Below are positions 12,357-21,359 of a stretch of DNA of 52,936 nt, one piece after another (position 1 is the stretch's first letter; each line of letters starts with the position of its first letter). Made by a program: the position numbers and the translations under genes. Source of the DNA: an uncultured bacterium (lineage in GTDB: Bacteria; Acidobacteriota; Aminicenantia; Aminicenantales; Aminicenantaceae). The stretch covers positions 1 to 52,936 of the forward strand of contig CBFDBC010000001.1 in assembly GCA_965602945.1 (NCBI GenBank), in the 5' to 3' direction. Below the pieces are notes generated by a model. The model did no database searches and was not told where the DNA came from. It worked only from the letters and a program-made list of their open reading frames with translations.

Positions 12357-13153
12357 TGCGGGCGGTCGAGGAAGAGGCGCAGCGCCCGGATGAGGTAATC
12401 TCGGAGTTCCCGGCGGCCCACTACGGCGTCCAGCATGCCGTGCTTAAGCAGGAATTCCGAGCGCTGGAACCCCTTGGGTAGTTTTTCCTTGATGGTCTGC
12501 TCGATGACACGGGGGCCGGCGAACCCGATCAGAGCGTTCGGCTCGGCGATGTTGATGTCCCCCAGCATGGCATAACTTGCGGTCGTTCCTCCCGTGGTAG
12601 GATCGGTCACCACGGAGATGTAGGGGAGGCCGGCCTTCTCCAACCGGGCGATGGCAGAGCTGGTCTTCATGAGCTGCATCAGGGAGAGGATGCCCTCCTG
12701 CATGCGCGCCCCCCCGGAGCAGGAGACAACGATGATCGGGAGCTTCTCCTTGAGCGCCCTTTCCAGGGCACGCGTGACCTTCTCGCCCACCACAGAACCC
12801 ATGCTCCCGCCCATGAAGGCGAATTCCATGGCCGATATCAGAACGCGGATGCCGCCCACGCTCCCCGCGGCGTTCAACACGGCATCCAGCAGGGAGGTCT
12901 TGGCCTGGTTTTTTTTGATCCGGTCGGAATATTTCTGTGTGTCCTCGAACTCCAGTGGATCGAGCGGCCGGACGTTTTCGTCATAAAGCTCATACAAGCC
13001 CTCATCGAAGATCATGTCGAGCCTCTCACGGGCTGTGAGGCGGAAATGAAAGCTGCAGGCCGGGCAGACGGACAGGTTGTCCAGGATGTCCTGCTTATAC
13101 TGAATGCGGCGGCAGTTGTTGCAGCGCGTCCAGAGATTTTCCATGTCTATCAT
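12353..13153 (-). CDS. accD: Acetyl-CoA carboxylase carboxyltransferase subunit beta
   Basis: N-terminal zinc ribbon CNNC-x15-CPAC, then GGSMGSVVGEK and GGARMQEG. Confidence 0.93.
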   Translation of the reverse strand: MIDMENLWTRCNNCRRIQYKQDILDNLSVCPACSFHFRLTARERLDMIFDEGLYELYDENVRPLDPLEFEDTQKYSDRIKKNQAKTSLLDAVLNAAGSVGGIRVLISAMEFAFMGGSMGSVVGEKVTRALERALKEKLPIIVVSCSGGARMQEGILSLMQLMKTSSAIARLEKAGLPYISVVTDPTTGGTTASYAMLGDINIAEPNALIGFAGPRVIEQTIKEKLPKGFQRSEFLLKHGMLDAVVGRRELRDYLIRALRLFLDRPQ

Positions 13154-13629
13154 TAAGAGGCTTTCTTGGAATCGGCCGGATCGTCCTGGGATCCCAACTG
13201 GGAAACCATGTCCAGGACAGAATCCGGGGAGGGCAGATCATCGGTGATATCGATCTCATCCTGGAGAAGGTTCATGACCGAGCCCAAAAGCCTGTTTTTG
13301 TCGAAGGGTTTCTCGAAATAATCGGAGGCCCCGAAGGATCGCAGCGCCTCGTTCTTGTACTGCGCGCCCTTATACAGCCCGGTGACGATAACGACGGGAA
13401 CGCTGCCCTTGGTCTCGCTGGAGATCTTCTGCGTGAGATCGAAACCGTGCAGTCTCGGGAGCATGGCCTCCAGGACGATGATGTCCGGCCGCTCCTGCTT
13501 GAAGACTTCGTACGCTTGCAGGCCGTCGGAGGCCTTGACCACACTGAGGCCCTTGGCCTTGAACAGCTCCTCAAGGCTTTCCAGGTTCTTCGCGTCGTAA
13601 TCGACGATCAGGATCTTCTTCTTCGGCAT
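13153..13629 (-). CDS. Stand-alone receiver-domain protein with Glu at the phospho-acceptor position
   Basis: CheY-like fold: ILIVDYD, DIIVLEAMLPRLHG, VVIVTG (Thr) and YFEKPF (Lys). The acceptor position is E54 (codon GAG, 13468-13470) rather than Asp. The stop overlaps the accD start (TAATG). Confidence 0.85.
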   Translation of the reverse strand: MPKKKILIVDYDAKNLESLEELFKAKGLSVVKASDGLQAYEVFKQERPDIIVLEAMLPRLHGFDLTQKISSETKGSVPVVIVTGLYKGAQYKNEALRSFGASDYFEKPFDKNRLLGSVMNLLQDEIDITDDLPSPDSVLDMVSQLGSQDDPADSKKAS

Positions 13630-13761
13630 AGCGGCACCAAGTCCTTCATTCTATGGATTTCTCCGCCGCCTGTCAATCACCGCCGCCGGGCCTTTCCGCA
13701 GGGCTTCCTATCCGTCAAGGCAGTATGGTCATTTGCAGGGGAATATGATATATTTGCCGGG

Positions 13762-14742
13762 ATGGAAGAGCAAGCCACTCGGGACCTGTCCATTGTCGTC
13801 CCGGTCTACAACGAAGCCCGGAACCTGGAAGAGCTGCACGCCCAGATCGTGGACTCCTGCCACAGGTTGGGCAAAAGCTTCGAGATCATTTTTATCGACG
13901 ACGGCAGCCGGGACGACTCCTATGCCATCCTGAAAAAGCTCAGGGCCGGGCACGGCTCCATCCGGCTCATCCGTCTGCGCAGGAATTTCGGCCAGACCGC
14001 CGCCCTTTCCGCCGGTTTCGACCACGCCCGGGGGGAAGTCATCATCACACTGGACGCCGACCAGCAGAACGACCCCAATGACTTCGGGCTGCTCCTGGAA
14101 AAAATCGACGAGGGATTCGACCTGGTCAACGGCTGGAGGATCAAACGCAAGGACAAGTTCCTGACCAAACGGGTCCCCTCTGCGATCGCCAACCGGTTGA
14201 TCTCGCTCATCACCCGTGTCAAGCTCCACGACTACGGCTGCACGCTCAAGGCCCTGCGCAGGGATGTCGCCCAGAACATCAACCTCTATGGGGAGATGCA
14301 CCGCTTCATCCCGGCCATCGCCAGCCACATGGGAGTCACCATCGCGGAGGTCAAGGTCAACCACCGGCCAAGGCGCCACGGCAAGTCCAACTACACCATA
14401 TCCCGGACCATCCGCGTGGTTTTCGATCTCCTGACCGTTAAATTCCTGCTCAGCTATTCCACACGGCCGCTGCAGATCTTCGGCCTTTTCGGGCTTTTGA
14501 GCGGGCTCATCGGAGGCGGCCTGGGGCTCTGGATGTCCTACCAGCGCTTGTTCCTGGGCGAACCTCTTGCCGACCGTCCGATGCTGCTGCTGGCCATCCT
14601 GCTGCTGGTGATCGGGTTCCAGTTCATTACGCTTGGGCTGCTGGCCGAGATCATGGTCCGGGCCTACCATGAATCGCTGGAGAAACGCATCTACTACATC
14701 AGGGAGGTCATCGATCTCGGCGACGATCCGGCCCCTGAGTGA
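13762..14742 (+). CDS. GT2 polyprenyl-phosphate glycosyltransferase (ArnC/GtrB/Ppm1-like)
   Basis: The track ORF starts at 13447 but overlaps the receiver gene. ATG 13762 gives LSIVVPVYNE, IFIDDGSRDDS and LDADQQNDP. Two C-terminal hydrophobic helices are typical of this subfamily. Confidence 0.85.
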   Translation: MEEQATRDLSIVVPVYNEARNLEELHAQIVDSCHRLGKSFEIIFIDDGSRDDSYAILKKLRAGHGSIRLIRLRRNFGQTAALSAGFDHARGEVIITLDADQQNDPNDFGLLLEKIDEGFDLVNGWRIKRKDKFLTKRVPSAIANRLISLITRVKLHDYGCTLKALRRDVAQNINLYGEMHRFIPAIASHMGVTIAEVKVNHRPRRHGKSNYTISRTIRVVFDLLTVKFLLSYSTRPLQIFGLFGLLSGLIGGGLGLWMSYQRLFLGEPLADRPMLLLAILLLVIGFQFITLGLLAEIMVRAYHESLEKRIYYIREVIDLGDDPAPE

Positions 14743-14749
14743 CCCGCCC

Positions 14750-15922
14750 ATGAACATCCTCATGCTGGCCCCGGAGCCCTATTTCCAGCCCCGGGGAACG
14801 CCCATCAGTGTCTATTTCCGCCTCAAAGCCCTCTCCGCCATGGGGCATCATGTCGACCTCATCACCTACCACCTGGGGGAGAACAGGGACTTCCCGAATG
14901 TCCGCATCCTGAGGATCCCCGACCTCTTCCGCATCCGGAAGATCAAGATCGGTCCTTCCTGGGCCAAGATCCCGCTGGATTCTCTGATGCTGATGAAGGC
15001 CATGGGGCGGCTGCTGCGGAAACGCTACGACCTGATCTTCTCCCACGAGGAGGCGGCCTTCTTCGGCACGGCCCTGGGCCGGCTCCGGCGTGTCCCGCAC
15101 ATCTATGACATGCACTCCAGCCTCCCACAGCAGCTGGAAAACTTCGGGTTCACGCGCTCCCGGTTCTGGATCCGGGTGTTCCACCGGATCGAGAGCTACA
15201 TCCTCAAACATTCCGGGGCTGTCATCGTGATCTGCCCGGATCTCCTCCGCCAGGTCGAGGAAGCCGGTCGAGGTGATAAAGCGGTCCTGCTAGAGAACTT
15301 CCTGGAGTTCGATCATCCCGAGCCTCGCCCGGATGAGATCCGAAAAAAACGAGGAGAGCACGCCTCCCCGGCGGAGAAGATCATCCTGTATGCGGGCAAC
15401 TTCCAGTCCTACCAGGGAATCCCGCTGCTGCTGGGGGCGGCGGCCCTCATGAAGGACGAGCCGGTGAGGTTCCTGTTTGTGGGCGATACACCGGAGGCGG
15501 TGGCGCTCATACGGGAACAGGCCGGGAAGCTGGGACTCGGCGACCGGGTCCGCTTCACGGGGCAGGTGCCGCCCGAGATAGTACCCGAATTCGTCGCCAT
15601 GGCAGACGCGCTGGTTTCCCCCCGGCTGTCGGGCACCAACACACCTCTGAAGATCTACTCATTCCTCAAGTCGGGGAAACCGCTGGTGGCCACAGACCTC
15701 TGGACCCACTCCCAGGTCCTAGACCAGGGGATAGCGTTCCTGGTGCCCCCCGATGCCGGAAGCCTGGCCGGCGGACTCAGGCAGGCGCTGTTCACGCCGG
15801 AAGGCGGCGCGCGCGCACAGAGAGCCGCTGAGATGGCGGACCGGGAGTACACCTTTTCCCGGTATCAGGAGAAACTGGGGCTCGTCCTCCAGAAGGCCGT
15901 ACGGGACGGGAAGGCGCGGTGA
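14750..15922 (+). CDS. GT4-family (GT-B fold) glycosyltransferase
   Basis: ATG 14750 lies 8 nt after the previous stop. MNILMLAPEPYFQPRGTPISVYFRLKAL at the N-terminus, and the C-terminal GT1-type region ILYAGNF..YQGIPLLL ... SPRLSGTNTPLKIYSFLKSGKPLVAT. Confidence 0.8.
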   Translation: MNILMLAPEPYFQPRGTPISVYFRLKALSAMGHHVDLITYHLGENRDFPNVRILRIPDLFRIRKIKIGPSWAKIPLDSLMLMKAMGRLLRKRYDLIFSHEEAAFFGTALGRLRRVPHIYDMHSSLPQQLENFGFTRSRFWIRVFHRIESYILKHSGAVIVICPDLLRQVEEAGRGDKAVLLENFLEFDHPEPRPDEIRKKRGEHASPAEKIILYAGNFQSYQGIPLLLGAAALMKDEPVRFLFVGDTPEAVALIREQAGKLGLGDRVRFTGQVPPEIVPEFVAMADALVSPRLSGTNTPLKIYSFLKSGKPLVATDLWTHSQVLDQGIAFLVPPDAGSLAGGLRQALFTPEGGARAQRAAEMADREYTFSRYQEKLGLVLQKAVRDGKAR

Positions 15923-15926
15923 GGGA

Positions 15927-16901
15927 GTGAAGGGAAGGGCGCTGGTCACCGGAGCCTCCGGTTTCATCGGACGCCATCTCGTGCGCGAACTGGCGCGGCT
16001 GGGATGGGATATCCGGGTCCTGGTACACGAGCGGACACCGGAGTGGCCGCCGGGGTGCGAGGCTTTTCAGGGTGACATCACGGATCCCTCCAGCCTCGAA
16101 AAACCCCTTCAGAACGTGGACACGGTATTCCATCTGGCAGCCGCGCTGGGTTCCTCCCAGCTCGGCAGAAAAGGATTCGCCCGCGTCAACGTCGAGGGCA
16201 CTGCCAATCTACTCTCAGCCGCCCGGGACCAGGGAAGCGCCCGCTTTATCCATTTCAGCTCCGCCGGGGTCCTGGGCCATGTGGAGCCCGGGACGACGGC
16301 GGAGGAAGGGACTGCCTGCCGGCCTCAAGACATCTATGATCTGACCAAGCTGGAAGGAGAACGGCTCGTGCTGGATCAAGCCGCAGGCGGCCCGGGGATC
16401 GTTGTGGTGCGCCCTGGATGGGTATACGGGCCGGAAGACCGCCGGACCTTCAAGCTCATGCGGGCCATCGCCCGCAAGAGGTTCCTGCTGGTCACCAAAG
16501 GGAAGGCCTGGCAGACTCCGGTCTACATAGATGACCTCATTCAAGGCGTTCTTTTATGCGCGGAAAAAGCCGGCTCCGGATCCCTCTACCACCTGTCCGG
16601 CCCCGAGACCCTGACCGTCCGTGAGATCGTGGATACCATCGCAGAGGCGGCCGGGACCCGGGTTCCCCGGCTAACCCTACCCTTATTCCCCGTAAAGGTG
16701 GCCGCCTGGAAGCTGGACAAAACCTTCCGGCTGTTCCATCGGGAAGCACCGCTTACCACCGGGAAGCTGGCCTTCTTCATCCACCCCAAGCCCCTCTCCA
16801 GCCGCAAAGCCATGCAGGACCTGGGCTATTCTCCCCTCACCGACTTCCGCACGGGCATGGCCCGGGCCATCGCCTGGTATCGCGAGAATGGGTGGCTGTA
16901 G
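15927..16901 (+). CDS. NAD-dependent epimerase/dehydratase (extended SDR)
   Basis: ALVTGASGFIGRHL and YDLTK (YxxxK). GTG 15927 is the first in-frame start after the upstream stop at 15922. The start is uncertain. Confidence 0.8.
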   Translation: MKGRALVTGASGFIGRHLVRELARLGWDIRVLVHERTPEWPPGCEAFQGDITDPSSLEKPLQNVDTVFHLAAALGSSQLGRKGFARVNVEGTANLLSAARDQGSARFIHFSSAGVLGHVEPGTTAEEGTACRPQDIYDLTKLEGERLVLDQAAGGPGIVVVRPGWVYGPEDRRTFKLMRAIARKRFLLVTKGKAWQTPVYIDDLIQGVLLCAEKAGSGSLYHLSGPETLTVREIVDTIAEAAGTRVPRLTLPLFPVKVAAWKLDKTFRLFHREAPLTTGKLAFFIHPKPLSSRKAMQDLGYSPLTDFRTGMARAIAWYRENGWL

Positions 16902-17209
16902 CCCGCCCTATTCAGTCCAAGCGGAAGATCCCCCCCACCACCCCACGCGCTCGGACTGAAAACGGCCGGCCTCAGAGAGACACGTTTCCCAGCTCATTTA
17001 ACCTGAATTATTCATAAAGAATTTCGCCTCGTGAATCATCCACATGAGGCGGGTGCCTACGATGTCGCCTTTTCCTGCTTCCCGGAAAGAAGGTCATGAG
17101 GTAGATTTTCACAGGGTTAAAGCTGCACGTGAATCGGGAGGAGATTTGACTTGTAAGATGGGGGCCGATAAGATAAGCGGGACAAAAACGAGGACAGGTT
17201 CGAAGGCGC

Positions 17210-17974
17210 ATGGACAAAGAGAAGGTCGGCCGATTCTACGACGTAGTCTGGACGGAATACATCCCCGAATACGATGAGACGGAGAGGCACTGGAAGATCT
17301 TCTTCACCCCCGAAGAAGTAGCGGGACGCTCGGTGCTCGACGCCGGCTGCGGCACGGGCATCTTCAGCATCATCTTCGCCAACCAGGGAGCCGGCAGGGT
17401 CACGGGAATCGACATCAGCGAAGGCAGCCTGGGCACGGCACGCAGCCTCAAGGAGAAATTCGGGCTGGACACGGCCGACTTCATGAAGCAGGACATGCTC
17501 GACCTGCCGTTCCCGGACGCGAGCTTCGACATCGTCTGGGCCTGGGGGACGGTCCATCACACCACGGACCCTTTCCGGGCGATCGACCAGCTCATCCGGG
17601 TTCTCAAGCCGGGCGGTGCGCTGCTGCTGGCCGTGTACACACGGACCCGCCTGACCTTTGTCCACGAGATCATCCGCAAGACGCTGGTCCGCACGCCCAG
17701 GCGTTCCTGGACCTTCCTGTCCAAGGTGATGGCCCTGTTCCTGGCGCCGGTGGTGTTTGTCTTCAAGAAACGGGAGAAAGCCCGCAAAGGAGAAAAGCTG
17801 GAGGAGCTCATCCTGGACTGGTACTTCGTGCCCATCCGCCACTACTACAGGCCGGAGGAGATCCGGGAATACCTGGAGGACAAGGGATTCGCCATCGAAA
17901 AATTCCTCCCGGCCTCAGGGCGTTTCGACAGCACTTCCAATTTTATCTTCAAAGCTCGCAAACAGGAAGATTGA
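17210..17974 (+). CDS. Class I SAM-dependent methyltransferase
   Basis: VLDAGCGTGIFSIIFA, GIDISEGSL and LKPGGALLL. It also contains an internal hydrophobic segment, FLSKVMALFLAPVVFVF. Confidence 0.8.
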   Translation: MDKEKVGRFYDVVWTEYIPEYDETERHWKIFFTPEEVAGRSVLDAGCGTGIFSIIFANQGAGRVTGIDISEGSLGTARSLKEKFGLDTADFMKQDMLDLPFPDASFDIVWAWGTVHHTTDPFRAIDQLIRVLKPGGALLLAVYTRTRLTFVHEIIRKTLVRTPRRSWTFLSKVMALFLAPVVFVFKKREKARKGEKLEELILDWYFVPIRHYYRPEEIREYLEDKGFAIEKFLPASGRFDSTSNFIFKARKQED

Positions 17975-17986
17975 CTCGAGGTTCAA

Positions 17987-19753
17987 ATGAAAGAGGGAGC
18001 GATGCCGAAACGAATTGTTTCCGAGCTCGCCTTCATCCTTTCACCCGCCATCATACCGCTGTTCCTGGTTTCGTTCCTGAATAATCTGCCGGTCCCCCGC
18101 TACACCGCCATTCTGGGCAGCCTGACGAGTCTGCTGCTGATATTCGCTGTCCTCCTGAAGGTGGATGACAAGACCCTGCTGGTGCTTCGGGGCGTTTTGA
18201 TAGGGCTGCTGTATCTCTTCTGGCTCAAGGGTTCTCTGTTCAGTTTCGAGGGTTTTTTCTGGGACAACCGCTACCTCGCGCTGGCCGTGGAGAGATTTTA
18301 TCATGCCTTCCTCCCGCATTCGCATGAGTACAGGAACATACATTTCTCCATGCCGCCCCTGTATTTCTTTTTGATCGGAAAGGCGGGAGCCCTGCTCAAG
18401 GCCAGCCTGCCGGCCGTGTTGAAATACAGCGGGTACCTGTTCGTGGTCTATCTCCCCTATCTCTGGGGATATGGCTTGAAGGGGATGCTCAAGCAGGACC
18501 GCTGGTACGGCGCCTTCGTGCTCTCGCTGTTGATCCCCTTCAAGACCTACGAATCCTGGTATGGAGCCCTGGGGACCATCGCGCAAAAGGGCTGGCATTT
18601 CATCGGGATATTCTTCCTCATCATCTGGTATCTCTGGGTAAAGCGCAGGAACCCCCATTTTCTCAAAGCCGGCCTGCTGGCGGGCCTGATATTCGCCTTC
18701 GATTACTATGCCTTCCTTCCGCTCTTCCTGGCGATCCTCATTGAGATCGGAACCGAATACAGGCAGAGCTCAAACGGCGGTGCGGCCTTCCGGCGCTTCC
18801 TGTATTACGCAAAGACCGCCGTGGTCGTTGTAGGTGTAAACCTGATCTGGATCCTCCCGGTTCTCTTCGACCTATTCCGCAATCCTCTGGGCACCTCTTA
18901 CAACGATTGGTTTCACATCTCGGGCGCCGACATCTCGAACGTGTTCGGCTTCTTCAAACCGTTCGATCTTTTTTCACTGGTGTTCATCGCAGGCTTTCTG
19001 AATCTGTTCGTCAACTGGTCGAAATCCCGCGAGATGCCCCATCTAAGGACCTGGCTGTTCTCCCTCCTGGTGTTCGGCCTGATCATCTACTTCCTGAGTT
19101 TCATACCCTTCACGTTTCTCTTCGCCGACTATTCCTTGATCCTGATCCATATCCTAGCCCTGTCGTGTGTATTCCTGCTCCTGCACCTCGGCCGGAAAAA
19201 GAGCCTGCCTGTTATACTGCTGCTCATCATCTGCAGCATCTCCGCCCTGAATCAGACCGAAGAAAACACCAACCTCTGGAATTCATCCAGGATCAGCTCC
19301 CATCGATACAGGATCAGCACTCCCTTGCGGGAGCAGCATGACTTCAACGAGGCGATCATCTTCCCCTACACCAACGAGCTGTTCTACGGCGAGAACACAT
19401 TTTCCTTCATCAGCTCCACCATCACCTATTCGGATCCGGCCGGCTCTTTTGAAACGCGCCTGGAGTATGTCAGGGAACTGGCAGCTTTGGCCCATAAAAA
19501 CGAGACCCGGGAATTCCACGCCCGCATCAAACACACTCCCTTCGGAGATATCGAGCACGTGATGCTGAAGAAGGGCGATCAGCCCGGCAGCCTGTATTTC
19601 GATCTCAAGATCTATATGAACGACTTGAAATATCCGGAAAAACAGGGAAACAAGCGCGACGTACTCTTCACTTTTGAAACGGAGGACTTCCCGCCGGAAT
19701 ACTTCACCCGGATATATGGCGATGATGAATTCGTCGTGTTCCGCCTGAAATAG
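17987..19753 (+). CDS. Large polytopic membrane protein with C-terminal soluble domain (possible GT-C/polymerase-like; function unknown)
   Basis: About 12 hydrophobic helices over 430 aa, then a hydrophilic domain of about 150 aa. No motif was recognised with confidence. The start is 17987 or 18002. Confidence 0.55.
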   Translation: MKEGAMPKRIVSELAFILSPAIIPLFLVSFLNNLPVPRYTAILGSLTSLLLIFAVLLKVDDKTLLVLRGVLIGLLYLFWLKGSLFSFEGFFWDNRYLALAVERFYHAFLPHSHEYRNIHFSMPPLYFFLIGKAGALLKASLPAVLKYSGYLFVVYLPYLWGYGLKGMLKQDRWYGAFVLSLLIPFKTYESWYGALGTIAQKGWHFIGIFFLIIWYLWVKRRNPHFLKAGLLAGLIFAFDYYAFLPLFLAILIEIGTEYRQSSNGGAAFRRFLYYAKTAVVVVGVNLIWILPVLFDLFRNPLGTSYNDWFHISGADISNVFGFFKPFDLFSLVFIAGFLNLFVNWSKSREMPHLRTWLFSLLVFGLIIYFLSFIPFTFLFADYSLILIHILALSCVFLLLHLGRKKSLPVILLLIICSISALNQTEENTNLWNSSRISSHRYRISTPLREQHDFNEAIIFPYTNELFYGENTFSFISSTITYSDPAGSFETRLEYVRELAALAHKNETREFHARIKHTPFGDIEHVMLKKGDQPGSLYFDLKIYMNDLKYPEKQGNKRDVLFTFETEDFPPEYFTRIYGDDEFVVFRLK

Positions 19754-19757
19754 GGCC

Positions 19758-21359
19758 TCATTTCCGTTTGTTCGGCTTGAGCTCCAGGAAGGTGAGATAG
19801 CCCTTCTCATCATTGACACGGTCTTCCAGCCAGACGTTAGAAAGCCTGTAGTTCTCCCGGATCAAGGCATCGGCTTCCGCGCCGTATCTGGGGGGTGTGA
19901 TGGGCTTCCTGTAGATCCGCCTGTCAAAGACAAAATATGTCGGCTCCTTCAAGAGCGCATGGAGCACATTGGTTTTCTCGTGGCCGGGGAAGCCCCTGCC
20001 TATGTCCTCGGCTTTCTGGTGGGCGATCTCAGGGTCAACCAGCCCGTCCTGATCATAGACGTTGAGCCGGGCATAGAACGATATCGCGCCGATCGCCCTG
20101 GTCGTGAGGCTCTCCTGCTCGCTTTTCTTGTACCTGTTAAAGTACTTCCCGATCAGGGATAACCGGGCGACATGCCACCGTTCTGTCTGTACCCCCCGAT
20201 ACATGCCGTGCATGAAAGAGGGTTCCGGGAAGACCTTCATCTCCAGGGGTGTGGAGTGAAACAGGGTCAAAGCCAGGAACAGCACCAGGAAGGCGCCCGC
20301 CGCAACCCGTTTTCCCGGGGCGGCCTCGAGACGGCCGAACAAGGAGTGAACAGCGGCCGCCATCAGGAAATAGATCAGGGGAAGAAGGGGCGCATAGAAC
20401 CGGAACATGGCCATGTAGTCGCCCCCCACATAGATGATGTACAGGGAGTAAAGGGAGCAGACCAGGAAGATCTCCCAGAGTCCAGGCCCGGCGCCGGGTA
20501 CCCGGGATCGGTTTTCCCCGGACCGCGGAGTGCCCTTCCTCTTTTCCCAGATCAGGAACAACACCAGGGGGATGAAAGGCAGAACATGGAGGGCAAGGAA
20601 CAGACCGGAATATTTGAGCCCCCTCAGGTACTGATACAGGGTTCCCCCCGTTTTGGCGTAGAACGTGTTGGGCAGCAGGAACCCGAAATACTGCACCCTC
20701 CAGGCAAAATACACCAGGAACGGCAGCCCATACAACAGTGCGGAGATAAAAAACGGCCGGAGGGGCAGCTTCCGGCGGCATACGGCCAGGAAGTGCAGGC
20801 CCGAAACGACAAGAAAGACACCGAATCCCTCGGGCCGCGTGAGCGAGGCCGCCAGGAAAGAGAGATAACCCAGGTACAAGAGCCGGAGCGACCGGGATCT
20901 CAGATAGGATACGAATCCCAGAACACCCACCAGCAGGAAAAATCCGAACAGGGTGGTCTCCATGCCGCTGGACGACCAGGTCGCGAACGGTCCTGAGAGG
21001 GCGAGGAAAAGACACGGGAGCACAGCACTCATGCGCGTCAGGCACAGGATCTTGCGAGCGAAGAAATAGACTCCCAAGATCGTGGCCACTCCCGACGCCA
21101 CGCCCAAGACCTGTGAGAAGGAGGGCAGGAAGAGCCCCAGTTTGACGGCCAGGGCCGCAAGGAGCACCCACAGGAAATTGGTGTATCCCTCGACGGGAGC
21201 CTCATCCGTATTCCACCGCATCCCGAAACCGTCCGCCAGGTTCCTGGCAAATCGGAAGCTTATGAAGGCATCCTCGGCCACGCAGTTCAGGTACGCGGCA
21301 TGGGCGATGAAGATCCCGCAGATGACCAGCAGCACGGCCAGGGGAAGCACATTTTTCAT
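19758..21359 (-). CDS. GT-C-like polytopic membrane glycosyltransferase candidate
   Basis: An acidic motif follows the first helix (AEDAFISFRFARNLADGFGMRWN...VEGYTNFLW), then more than 10 helices and a C-terminal soluble domain. ATGA overlap with the upstream radical SAM gene at 21356-21359. Confidence 0.6.
   Translation of the reverse strand: MKNVLPLAVLLVICGIFIAHAAYLNCVAEDAFISFRFARNLADGFGMRWNTDEAPVEGYTNFLWVLLAALAVKLGLFLPSFSQVLGVASGVATILGVYFFARKILCLTRMSAVLPCLFLALSGPFATWSSSGMETTLFGFFLLVGVLGFVSYLRSRSLRLLYLGYLSFLAASLTRPEGFGVFLVVSGLHFLAVCRRKLPLRPFFISALLYGLPFLVYFAWRVQYFGFLLPNTFYAKTGGTLYQYLRGLKYSGLFLALHVLPFIPLVLFLIWEKRKGTPRSGENRSRVPGAGPGLWEIFLVCSLYSLYIIYVGGDYMAMFRFYAPLLPLIYFLMAAAVHSLFGRLEAAPGKRVAAGAFLVLFLALTLFHSTPLEMKVFPEPSFMHGMYRGVQTERWHVARLSLIGKYFNRYKKSEQESLTTRAIGAISFYARLNVYDQDGLVDPEIAHQKAEDIGRGFPGHEKTNVLHALLKEPTYFVFDRRIYRKPITPPRYGAEADALIRENYRLSNVWLEDRVNDEKGYLTFLELKPNKRK

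Noticed and set aside
13663-13687. Direct repeat CCGCCGCC (13663-13670 and 13680-13687) in the divergent region between the receiver gene and the GT2 gene.
   Set aside because: A short GC-rich octamer is likely to recur by chance in this composition. There is no dyad symmetry or further copies.
13447-13761. N-terminal extensions of track ORFs (13447, 14633, 15753, 22978, 30501, 50920, 1057, 2385, 4521).
   Set aside because: The extensions overlap the preceding gene or start on non-ATG codons. Internal starts reproduce canonical family N-termini and give short overlaps or gaps, several as ATGA.
16913-16958. Hairpin (CAGTCCAAGCG / CGCTCGGACTG, 10 of 11 bp) just after the epimerase stop.
   Set aside because: It has a 24-nt C-rich loop and no following T-run, so it is not a convincing intrinsic terminator. 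It may still be a stabilising or Rho-related element.
17197-17206. GGTTCGAAGG, a tRNA T-loop-like string in the 308-bp gap 16902..17209.
   Set aside because: The flanking bases do not form a T-stem, and no acceptor or anticodon arms can be drawn.
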